Source of the DNA: Phaeosaccion multiseriatum
Lineage: Eukaryota; Protista; Ochrophyta, other classes
Assembly: GCA_965112735.1 (NCBI GenBank)
Contig: OZ218953.1
Coordinates: 1,922,001 to 1,986,000 of the forward strand
DNA: 64,000 nt
Reading direction: 5' to 3'
Numbering within the stretch: the first letter of the stretch is position 1; every line of letters starts with the position of its first letter. Below are positions 25,305 to 37,200 of the stretch, piece after piece. Position numbers and translations under genes: made by a program. The notes under the pieces are model-generated. The model saw only the letters and a program-made list of their open reading frames with translations. It did no database searches and was not told where the DNA came from.

Positions 25305-28300
25305 ACCAGTCCGGGCGGCTTAAGTCCCTCGGCCAAGCCTCAGGCGGCGCGGCTTTTGAGGAACATTTCCGTCGAGTTGCGTGAGGCCGGTCTGAGGTGT
25401 GTGGAGAAGATTGTCGCTTGGGTGCTGTGCGTCAGCGTCAACGCCGCTCAACCCGCTCGGTTTTTATGGCACGGCCAGGACTATCTCTCCAAGATGCACT
25501 CAGACATGGACTTTGTGCTGCTTCAAATCGGCACAGAGGCATCCACCATTGGCAACTTTGGGCGGGGAAACCCCCTCCTTCTCTCCAGGGAGGAGCTCAC
25601 GACCAAATCAAAGGGGAGACTTGGGAGGGCGGCCGCAGCGACCTTCGTCATAATGGATGTGGTCAAGAGGCAACGCATGAACCGGGTGGAGGACTCATCG
25701 TCTTCTTCCCCACCGAAGCAGCCCGTTCAGCAAGCGCCTCCTCCTCCTGCCCCTAAGGGCACGAGAGGTAGCGGCGAACAGGAGAGTGGTGGTGCGACTG
25801 CGGTAGATGAGAATGCCCCCCGGGCTAGTCCGAAGAAGCGAAGAGCGTCTCTTAAAGTGGCGAAGGATGACTCCCGCGCTTTGCCGAATGTAGGGGGGAA
25901 GACAAAGACAGCAGCCGCAGCCCCCCCCAGGAGGAGGGGCAGTGTAAAATCCTCCCTTTCGCCGGGTAAGAAGAAGGCAGCGGCACCCACAACCGCAGCA
26001 GAAGCAGCAGCAGCAGCGGCAGCAGAAAGGAGAACAGTAGGAGACATGAGGGCAGCGGCAGAGAGGAGGGCAGTTGTCGATAAGAGGAAGAGGAAGGAGG
26101 CGGAAGATGCGGCGAGGGTGGCAGAGGCTGCCAAAGCGGAGGCCAGGGTGCTCGCTCAGGCCGAGGAAGTAGCAGCAGCAACAGCAGCAGTAGCAGCAGC
26201 AGCAGTTGGTGATACAGAAGCGAGTCAGAGGCAGGGTGTCCATAACCTGGCGTCCTCTTCGACGACTTCGGAGGATACCCCGCCCGAGGAGATCTGTGAG
26301 CTGGAGAAGGGTGACAAGACGCCAACCCAAGGCAAACTCCAGCAGCAAGGAGAAGGAGAAGAAGGACAAGGGGTGGTGGAGGAGATAGGCGAGGAGGCCG
26401 AGGCAGATAACTGCGGCTTCGAGGAGCTCGACATGGTCGGGGAGGGTGCGTTTGGATGGGTACACATGTGCAGAGTCACGCCAAAGAATACGCTCCTGGG
26501 CCCGGAGTATCAAGGCCAGATTGTGGCTGTCAAGACCTTCAAGCCCGCCGAAGAGGGGGACGACGAGGAGACGCAGGCGCACCTAGAGCACACACAAAGG
26601 AGGGAGCTTGCCCTCTGCCAGGAGATTAGTCATAAGAACATCATCAAGACGCTGGGGGTCATGCAGCAGCAGGGGCAGCAGCAGCGGCGGAAGAGGCAGC
26701 AGCGACAGCAGCAGCAGCAGCAGCAGTTGGTGATACAGCAGCCGCGGCAGGCGTTCGTTGTGTTTGACTACATGCCCTCCAACGCCCTGGACGTACTCAA
26801 GGGCCTGGGAAGGCAGCAGATGGCAAAGGAGGACGTGTGCTCTCTCACACTACAGCTGCTCCAGGCCCTCTCCTATCTCCACAAGCGAGGCATCATCCAT
26901 AGAGACATTAAGCCAGAGAACCTTTTGGTGGACATGTCACAGCGGCCCCCCTTGCTCAAAATCTGCGACTTTGGGGCGGCGAGGCACCTGCCCATAGGAA
27001 GCAGCGAGCTGACGGCAGGGAGACAACCGTCCAGAGTCAGTGTTAGTGCCAACTCCGAAGGCGGCGGCAGCGGTGGCTTGGGAAGCCTGACGCACTACGT
27101 AGGGTCTCGCTGGTACCGCGCTCCGGAGATGCTTGCGAATGCGACGGTCTACGGGGCAGGGGTGGATGTGTGGGCGGGGGCGTGTCTCATTGCCGAGCTG
27201 AGCACCGGTGAGGCCCTCTTTGAAGGCGATGATGAGAGTGAAATGGTCCTCGCAATGGTGGGGCTGCTGGGCCCGCTGCCCTACTCGCAAGCCAAGCGTT
27301 TGCTACGAGGGGGCATTGAGCGAGAGGCTGTCTTCCCTCCGCAGCAGGAGAGCAAGGGGCCAGCGCGGACGATTGAGAATCTCTTTAGACAAAGGCTGGG
27401 GGCCGAGGGCGTGTCGCTACTGCGAGGGATGCTCGTCTATGACGTTTCCATGCGGCTGAGCGCGAGAGATTGCGTTCAGCACTCCTTCTTCTTCCCCCCT
27501 GCCGCGCCCCTGTTGGCCGGAGAGGAGAGGAGCACCAGTGCCAGTGCAAGCAGCAGCATTGGTGAAGGCGCAAGTGGAGGTGGTGGGGGCTTATGTGCTT
27601 CTACTGCTGCCGTCGCGCCTTCCCCTCCCGCTCCTGCTGTCAGGACGACGACGCTCGATCAAGAGGCGCCACAGCAGCGAAGCTTACGGGGTTCCTTCTC
27701 GGGGCAGCAGCTGGAGGAGGAGGGGGACGATAACACGGTCATCTCGGGCATCACAACAGCGAAGGAGTCACTGTATGGCGACGACGACTTCGAAGCGGAC
27801 GATGATGACGCGTACGAGGAAGAGGAGTTCGATGATGGAGACGGAGAGGAGGAAGAAGAAGGGGGGCGAGGCGACAACGACTTGAAGGACAAGAAGGAGG
27901 GGGGGGGGGGGTCCGAGCGGACAGTAGGGACGGTGCACGAGAGTGAAGCACCCACGGCAGCAGAAGAAGCAAAGGAGGAGGAGGACATCCAGGACAAACA
28001 GGAGGAGGAGGAACAGAAGGAGGAAGAAAGCCGCGCTGCTACAGCTGCTGTGCGTGGTCCTGCTGCTGGTACTGCCTCTGCTGTGGCGGTGGCTGCTACT
28101 GATACTGCCCCTCTGCCCTGGCACCTCTTGTCACGCAACGGCTTCGACACGAGTACGCTGCAGAAGGCAGCAGAGGGCGGTGGGAGGGGTGGCCAGAACG
28201 CTTCTGCGCTGAGCCAGGGCGTGCGCCAGGCGCTAGAGTCAAGTCTCATCACCGAGGCTGAGTGGCACTCGTTTGGAGCCGCAGCAGCAGTGTCATTGGC

Positions 28301-31300
28301 AGAAGCAGCGCCGGAGGGGCAGCAGGGGGAGTGCAACGCGCAGTGGGAAGAGGCATTGAAGGAGGTAGTGGAGCAGCAGATACGCCCTCGGGTCCAGGCC
28401 TACTTGCACAAGAGTAGTAATAGTAGTAGTAGTAGTAGTAGTAGTAGCAGTAGTAGAGCAGCAGGAGGGAGCAGTAGCAACACCAGCAGCAACGGCGGCA
28501 AGGGGAAGACGCTCGTCCAGTGCGCAGATGAAGTGAGGAAGGCGAATGTAGGGGGTGAGGCCTCGTCTACCCTTCTGCGGCGCACGGCGAAGCTTCTACG
28601 GAACTTGGGCGGGCACTGCGACAGCCTCGCTATGAACCAACTTCTCTTCTCTCTGTCCGAGAGGCTCAGAGACGTCAACGTACCTGTGGCGGAGCGCGCC
28701 AAGGGGGCGGAGGGTGTTCTCCTGGCTGTCGTCGGCAAGTCAAATTGCCGTACAGCGAGGGACGAGAGGAGGTTGCTGGACGGGGTGGTGCCTACGATTG
28801 TCTCTCCTTCCGGGAAGGCCCTGTTGGCTCAAGCGGCGGTCCTCAGCAGCGCCACGAAGCGTGTTGACGTGGTGTTGTCGTCGAGAAGCAATGTGTTGGA
28901 GGATACAGAAGCGGCCTTTACAGCGCAAGGACTACTGCCCGCCAAGGCTCCGCTGTTGACACCTCACAACATTGTCTTGAATGCCTACTTCCGCTCCTCG
29001 TATGGGCACAAGCGAGTGAGGGGAGAGACAGTGGAGGAAGGGGAGGGTCTGGGCCCGCGTAAGGAGCTCTATGCCCTCCTGTCACAGAGTCTGTGCTCGG
29101 GCTGGAAGGGCGAGAGGCAGCTCATGTCCGGCGGCGGCGGCAGCTACTACTCACAAGACGGCATCACTGCTTCCGCCCAGGAGGGCACTGCCGAGGTTTT
29201 GATATCGATTAACAGTAAGTCATCGAAAGAGCAGCAGACACAGGGAGTGCGAGAGGGCATGCAGCTGCGACTCGCAGACGGCGTGACGACGCGGACTATC
29301 ACCAAGGTGTACCGCGGAGGGGGTGAAGGCGGAGGAGGAGGCGGGGGAGGAGGAGGCAACAAGATCCGGGCTCGCGTCAGCGCCATGTGGGAGAGCAGCT
29401 TCGAGGGCAGTGCGACAGTGCTGTTGGAGCCTCAACAGGCGCTACTCAAGTATCACCAAGCAAGCGAGGCGTGTTGGCTCAACACTACTCTGTCGGAGTC
29501 CCCGGCGATGCTCCGCCGGTTGGAGATGTTGGGTATCGTATTGGGGCTCTCGCTGGTGAACCAATGTCAGGTGGGCGTGGCTCTACCCTTGCTCTTCTTC
29601 GAACTGTTACTGCGACAAGCCGCCAGCGCCGACGACAAGGACAACGACAACGACGACTGCTCGGTAGGGTCGCAAGCAACCATAGCAACGCTCGAGAAGG
29701 TGCCTTTGTCCGCCATCTTGGCCCTGGACCCATCCATCCTACAGAGTTTCGACAAGGTTAGAGCAATGTCCCCCCCAGAGTTGCGTCAGCTCTTGGCGGC
29801 GGAGGGGCTTCCCTCAGACACCCCTGTGGAGGTCTATCTGCAGCGCTCGGCGAGGGAGACCTTCGTGGAGCCCGTGCTGTGGCAAGTGCGCGCCATTCGC
29901 AGGGGGTTCGAGTCCGTGCTCCCGCTCCACAAAACTCCGGGCGGCCTGTGGGCGGCCGTCGCTCCTGCTGCTCATGGTGGTAGCGGTGCTGAGGATGGTG
30001 GTCTATGGACATTGACGGCTCGTGACATGCGATACATGTGTTGCGGCACCGGCGGCGAGGGACGGCAGCCTGGACAGCCGGGACAGCAGCAGCAAGCAAA
30101 AGACTTTGATTTCCGGGCTGTGTTTCGATTGCACGAGGAAGAGGAGCTCCGAGAGACTCTCCCATTGCGAGAGGTGCTGTGGAAGGTGGTGCAGGAGGGG
30201 CTCACTGCAGCAGAGAGGCGAGGGCTTTTGCTCTTCATCACGGGGGTGTCTTCGCTTCCTGAGCCCCAGACGGAGAGGCTAAGCATCGAAATGCCCTTCA
30301 CGGCCTACGGTGCCACGGAGCAAGCCCGTCTTTTGCAGCAAATCCCCACCTCCCACACATGCGACAACATTCTGGAGCTGCCCAACTACTGGACTGCGCT
30401 ATTGCATCGGGACAAGCTGCCCGTGGGGCCCAGCGCCACCACGAAGCCCCTCAAGCTCAATGTGGAGAAGCGTCTCCGAGAGGAGCTCGAAGGAATTCTC
30501 CTGGCGAAGCTCCGTGTGGCAGTGGCCAACGCTTCGGGTGGATACGGTCTGGATGGCCTGGCTACTGCTGCTGCGCCCCCTGCCCTTGCTACTGCTAGTA
30601 CTACTGCTGCTGCTCCTGCTGCTGCTGTTGGTGCCTCCACTCCCTCTGTCCGTGAGGAAGGAAGAGGCTCTAGCTCCGGCTCAGGGTTGATGCCACCGGC
30701 CGCCCAAGCAACAGCCGGGGCAGCAGCAGCACCAGCAGCAGGGCTAGGGGCAGCATCCACAAGAAATGCCGCGAAGCATGCCGAGAGGAGGAGCAGCAGC
30801 AGTCTGTCCGACTCCGACGATGGGATGCTGGACATTCCCACTCTCGCTGACGCCTCGGAGGACGGGAAGAGTACGTCCAAGGGGCTGGCAGCGGCAGCGG
30901 CTGCCACCACCACCTTTGGAGGAGACGCAGAGGATGACGTGGACAGCGAAGACGACGACGATTTTTTGAACTTTGTGCAAAAGGAGAAGCAGAAGCGCAA
31001 GCAGTCGGTAGACGGAGCTGCCGATAGTATCGGTGCCGATGTCAATGCCGATGCCGCTGCCGCTGCGTCGTCTGGCGTCACAAAGGCGGCGCTAGAGGCA
31101 AAACCAAAGCCAGAGTCAGCAAGCGGGAGGGAGGGAAAGGACACCACGCAGCAGCAGGAGGAGACAAGGAAGGGCAAGAGCTACTACGGCGACGAAAACG
31201 ACCCTGACATTATGTACGACGACACATACGACCCCTCGGAAACCGTTGGGGGCTCCAAGTTGGACATGGCTGACGTGCCCATCAATGACTTACTCGTGAC

Positions 31301-31406
31301 CAAGCCTAGAGAGGCCGACACGAGTGACGAGGAGGAGGAGGAGGGGGGCCCTCGCAGCGGAGGAGGGTACTCTTTTAGCTTCGACGAAGACGTTCTCGAG
31401 CTATAA
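24622..31406 (+). CDS. CMGC (CDKL/MAK-like) Ser/Thr kinase fused to a HECT E3 ubiquitin ligase domain
   Basis: Exon 24622-24792 joins a single 24918-31406 exon. Kinase at about 26418-27492: GEGAFG, VAVK, RE, HRDIKPEN, DFG, LTHYVGSRWYRAPE. HECT at about 29040-30555: GEGLGPRKELY, LGIVLGLSLVN, AIRRGFESVL, LLLFITG, PTSHTCDNILELPNY, GYGL. Confidence 0.88.
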
Positions 31407-31543
31407 CAAAATACGACAGATAAATACAACCCTCTCACTCACAAGACAATGTGACACACAGAGATACGCGATCGCAAATTTTTATGTAAGTACGAGAGAG
31501 GGAGCAAGGGGGAGCCTTGCCAGACGACAGACTATGTTCAATA

Positions 31544-32614
31544 CTATGCTTGCTGTACACGCTCTTGGTCATCCCAGTCTTCTGCAGAGTCTTCTTCCTC
31601 CTCGTCCTCGTCTTCCTGCTCCTCTTGCTCTTCCTCCTCCTCCTCCTCCTCCTCTCCCACCGCACTCGCGTCCTCAGATTGGGGCTTCTGTGCGTCGCTC
31701 TGGTCATTCACCTCCAGGGAGCTGCTGCTCCTAGACGCCTGCAGTCAGGTTTGAGACCATCACAATGGGGAGAGAGGAGGGCATCAGTAGGAAGGTTCCG
31801 TATACCCTTTGGAACTACCACACCCTTTACTCTGGAAACATCAGTTCAAAGGAGCGAGCGCCGCCTGGAACTATCCTTCTCTCTTCCCTTCCTTCTAAGA
31901 TGAGTACGGCCCATATCACAGGGTAGACAAGGCAAAGAAGGACACGCCATGATGCCATGCCGGTACTGTGCCTTCTTAAAGACCTGTCCCGGAGCAACAG
32001 AGACAGGAAAACGAAACAACTCACCTTGGATAGCCGATAAGACCTCTTGTAGCAATTGGCGAACTTCCGCTTTCGCTCAGAGTCAATTTCTCCGTCCTCG
32101 AGCTATTGGGCAGGCGGCAACAGGAGTAGGGAGCAAGAGACAAACAAAGTGTCCGTCAGTTTTCAAGTGCCTCTTTCCCCCGTTCCCTTCTCTGCAGCGG
32201 CAGCAGCGCAGCAGTAGCAGCAGAAGCAGCAATGCTGCGAATGTCTCGAAGTTCTCACCGGTTCGGCCGCATAGATCTGCTCATAGCACTCCTGCGACAC
32301 GCATCGATTGACGCAGTTTTGCGCCTCGTCGGGCACGAAGGGAGCGCACTCAGGGCTCATGGCGCACTCGCTTTTCCGGTCCCGAAAGCTCCGGTCGCCC
32401 TGCGGAGATAATAGCAGACTTAGCAGCAGCCAGTAGAGCTCAGACGAAGCACAGCTGAGAGAAGAGAGGGAAAGAGAAAGTGGAGGAGGAAGCGCCTTAC
32501 CATTTTGCGCGACTTTCCTTGAACTATGTGCGGACCTGCCAACATAACTAGGCTGATGAAGAACAACAGCGCTCTTTTTGAAGCTGACGCCCCCTTCCGT
32601 CGCTTGAATGACAT
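31544..32614 (-). CDS. Secreted Cys-rich DUF4787-like protein with an acidic tail
   Basis: Exons 32614-32501, 32399-32259, 32102-32025, 31738-31544 (last exon uncertain). Hydrophobic signal, then NCVNRCVSQECYEQIYAAEPLEDGEIDSERKRKFANC, matching the DUF4787 pattern as I recall it. Confidence 0.7.
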
Positions 32615-32894
32615 GATAAGGAGGGACAAAGGGAGATGGAGGAGAGGCAGGTGGGAGTTTTGTGGAGCATGTGGTTCTCCGCTCCCTCAATTGGCGATGT
32701 CATCAACCTGTCCTCCTATAAAGTCAATAAAGTCCTCTTCTCTCTTCCGCCTCCCTTCATACACACGCTCTCTAATTACAACACGATATGATATTTATAT
32801 CTCTTTAAATACTACGTACAGACACAGTGAGTGCGCGTGTGTATGTGTGTGTTTGTTTCTTGTTTGTGACAACGATAAGGACGAGTATGTTGTA

Positions 32895-34266
32895 CTACAC
32901 GCGAGGCAGTGGTGCAAGCCCTTGCTCGCCAAACTCCTCCGGGCGGTAATAGTGCATGAAGGAAGAGCTGCTGCTACCGTTGCTACTGCTGCTGCTGCTG
33001 CTGCCACTGATGCTCCTGTTTATGGCACTGTCGCTCCTCTCTGCGGCCCACTCCCCCATGCCTGCCCCGTCACCCCTGTCCGCTTCGTCACGAGAGCAGC
33101 GAAGGTCCGCGAAGACGGCGCTCTCCAGGGCATCGGCCATGGTGGGTCGAGCCGCAGGATCGAAGTCCGCCAATCCCAGGAGCAGATCCATGCCTCCGTT
33201 GACGGCTTCGAGGCGCCCTCTAGCCCGAGCAATGGCGGCGTGGCTTCCTCTCCGTACGGAGTAGGTACGGGCATCGTTCTCGAGAGTGGCCGAGAGCTCT
33301 CCTCCACAAGTGGGCCTCTGCTTGAGCTGTACTAGCAGCCGAGTCAGCACCTCCACCACCGGGTTGGCACTTCCAAACGCGCACTGCAGCTTCTCGGGGT
33401 TCGGCATCCCAAAGAGCACCAAGTAGCGGTACAGTGTATCAAACAAGGTGACCCTGCCACCTCCACCCTCCCCCCCCTCCTCCTCCTCCTCCTCCTCCTC
33501 GTGGGCCATGGCCTGAAGAAGGGCGCTGTACTGCTCGTGCTCTGACCACACCTTCTGCAGCTCGGACCGTAGCAAGGCCGGACACTTGAGTTCAGCAACC
33601 ACCTCCTCATAAGGAGCGTCCCCCGTAAACAGATGCAGCATGGCGAGGGCGAGGGCGAAACTGTCCTTGTGAAGGCACTGCAATGCCGCACTCCCCGCCA
33701 CGAGCTGCTCCACGGGACTCACTTGCAGCGTCGCGAACTGCGCTACTCCAATGGGTCGGCCTAGCGAAGAGACATCCACCTGAGCGCTCCCAAAGTCCCC
33801 CAGCTTCACCAGCGGCGCACCATCCAGCTCGTACACGTGTGGGCCGAAGCCGTAGCGCAAGGTCCGCGAGTGCAGTCGCTCCTCTTTCTCGCTCTTGTTA
33901 TCGTTCGCCTCCTCCTCCCCGTCCTCTGCCATCTTCGTGGCCTTGTCTGGGGTACCTTCTCCTCCTCCTCCTCCTCCTCCTCCTCCTCCTTCCCGTCCTG
34001 CCGTCTCCGCTTCAGCTACCTTAAAGTTGGCGAGCTTGACGTCGTAGTGTCGGAGAGCATAGGCCTCGCGGCACGCGTACAGGCTGAAGCACATTTGAAA
34101 GAGCAGGGCCCGGGCCTGCTGAGGGGTGACGAGGCGCTCTCGAACAAAGTCCTCCAAGTCTCCGTGGGGACACATTTCCATTCGCACGTACTTGTATCGA
34201 GACCCCTGGGCTGAAGTGGGGGTGGTAGCACCCGTGGAGGCATCGATAGCGCCGGAAGCAGCGAGC

Positions 34267-34297
<31 letters not shown>

Positions 34298-37200
34298 CTG
34301 TGGCCATCTTCTGCCTCTCCCCGAGGCGTGTTTTGAGCTGCTGCTGCTGCTCATCCTCTCTCCCCCATGACAACCCCATTGGGGAAGCCTCACTGCAGAA
34401 CATCCCGTGCAGTGCCACGAGGTTGGGGCATACGTTGCGCCTGACGAGACGCGTTGTTAGCAGAGACACCGCCAGCTCCTGGGCCCTCGCAGTCGCTTCT
34501 ACGGCCCTTCCTTCGCTGCTGCTGCTGCTGCTGCTGCTGCTACTGCTCCTGTCGATGCCATGCATCTCCTCCTCCTCCTCCTCCTTCTCCTCCGCGGCGA
34601 GAGCGGTGTCGACTACGCTCAGCATCTCCTTTCGGCCTTCACGTGCATTCCAGACCACAAAGTCGCGCTTGATGTTGGTGCAGCTTTGGCTCTTGCTATT
34701 GCTGTTGCTGCTGCTAGTGCCATCCTTCGCGTCCGTAGTAGAGGCCTCCATCACCCCGACGCAAGAGCCCCAGGGGAAGGTAGTCAAGAGCTGCTCCTGC
34801 CCCCAAGATGGCAGCTTGGCTTGCTCCTGAGCAACTCCAGACCCAACTACCCCTGTTGCACCAGCACCCGCACCACCAACAGCAGCACCACCAGCCGCAG
34901 TACCGTCAGCAGCGGTGGTGGCAATAGCAAATGAAGAAGGGGGGGGGCTTGGGGCTCTGGCCTCAAGGACTTGGGCTACCTCGGGGGCCCAAGCGCAGTC
35001 AGCAGCAGCACCCTCCACCACGCGTACCAGCGCCGAGGAGGGCAAGATAGAGAGCACCGCTCCCATCCCTACCCTATGCTCGGCGAGCTCCACTCCTGAG
35101 GCTGCTGCCGCTGCTGCCGCCGCCGCTGCTGGTGCCACTGCTGGGGCATCAGTGGCCTCATGACAATCACTAGCAGCCGATGAAACCGACACCCCCCCGC
35201 TTGAGGCAAACAGACTGTTGGACATGGACATCTTGCCAAGCGTGCGAATCATGGGGGACATGCCTGCGTAGTTCAGCTTCTCCCGCTCCTTGCCCTCCTC
35301 CTTCTCCTCCCCCTCCTCCTCCATCTCGTCGTCATCGTCGGGCTCGGTCTCTGCGTCCGAGTCGTAACCTTCACGACTGCTCCTGTGCCTCCTCAAGACC
35401 GCGCTGACATCGACATCGGGCGTGTACAGAGTCAAACTGTCGAGGAGTTTCTGACCTTCCCCCGTCGCAAAGATTCCCTCTTTCACAAAGTAAGCCTCCT
35501 GATGCTGCTCGGTGACGCTGCCCCTCCTGCTGCTGCTACTGCTGGTGCTGGTTCTGCCGCTGATGGTCCTGTCATCAGCTGCTGCCGAAGCTTCGCTGCT
35601 ACTCCACACGCCAACCGGGGTATCCTCCGTCCCTAAGCGTTGGCGGCTGACAAGAAGGCCCCCCCCGGCATGCATTCCAAACCCTTGCCCTTGAGGGAAT
35701 TCGATTGTCATGGCTGGCTGGACCACCAACTCCTGCTCCTGCTTCTGCTGCTGCTGCTGTTCCGACAGTGTGTCGACACCCTCAAGCTGCAACGTAATGG
35801 AGCCCTGACGCACAACGGCAGCGGTGACTGCCAACGGCGGCGGTGGTGCTTCCTCGTCCACTGCCATCTGCTGTCCCGGCGCCACCACTAGAGGCCTGTT
35901 CTCCTCCCCATCCACCCCCAACACCACAGGAGCGCCTTGCTCCCACTGACCGTTACAGACCCCACCGATAATCTTGCATCCTAAGCTTCTCTCCACCGCA
36001 GCATGGGCAGTGGGCGCCGGCACATCTCCTCCTTCCCCTCCTACTGTTGCCGCCGCTGCCGCCGCCGCTGCTGCTTCTTCTTCTGCTGCTTTAACCTCCT
36101 GTTGCGATGCACGTCCTGCGAGGCTGAGAGAACGCAGAGCACAGCGAAGGCCAGCAATGCCGTCGCAGGAGCTCTGTCCCACAGACATGCGCTTCAATTT
36201 GCCCAGCCCGGACTGAATCCGCCGCTGCTGCCTACGCTGCTGCTGTGCCAATTGGGCCTCTGCGCAAACCAAGGTGCGTGCATCCCCAGGGACGTCAACT
36301 GCCATGCCGTCGTCACCCTGGGGCCGAGCCTGACACCTGGCAGCATCCACTGCCATCCCCTCCTCTTCGTCCTCATCTTCGTCGTCTTCTCCTTCTCCCT
36401 CCTCAATAATGAGCGGCTTGCCCTGTCGCGATTACAGAGAAAACAGAGCGGCACAGAAGAAAGGGAGGCCTTTGAGTTTGAGTTTGAAGGAAAGACACAT
36501 CGGTCAGGAGGGAGGAGCAACGCCATGACACCATCCTACGTACTCCCTTCCTTGTGAAGGTTTGCCTCGCCCCTCTTCCCTCTTCTCACCTGCTCGTTGA
36601 CTGGACCCATTTGGCCCATAAAAGCGTGGTGGCTGTGCTGATGAGCATGCTCGTCGGTCATCATGCTGTTGTCCCCTCCGTTGAAAATAGCGGCAGCCGC
36701 CCACGCGCCCGAGTAGAGGGCAACCGCGTGGCCGATGCTGTGTGCGTGTGTGTGTGCAAAAACACGAGGCGAGTGAGAGACAGACGGTGTGAGTGAGTGC
36801 AAGCAACGAGGAAAAAGAGGACAGAGAAAGAGGGAGACGAGCGAGGGAGGGAGAGAGAGAGACAGGGAGCGCGAGGGAGAGAGGGAGGGAGAGAGAGACA
36901 AACCTCGAGGCTGAGGATGCCATGGTGAGTGCCCAGTCCACAGCGCCCTCCGGCCGTCGCCAGTACTGATTCTTGATTCCTCGGTTTGGTGTGGGCGCGC
37001 ACGCGTACGTGTTGGTGCTAGTAGTGGACGCACCGGCGGTAGCCGTCACCATCCGACCTTCGCTGTTCAGACTGCAAGACCGCACCTCACGTCCCCCCGG
37101 GGTACCCAGCCCAGCCATCGCTCCCCTCGCGCTGCCCATGCTCGCCGGCGTAGGAGAGCCAGCCGTCCGCACGACCCCGGAGGGCAAGGCCATAATACCC

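Noticed and set aside
31967-32024. Extra micro-exon (VFKKAQ) in the DUF4787-like gene
   Set aside because: It needs a 41-nt intron and a weak donor; a direct phase-0 join from 32025 to 31738 is simpler.
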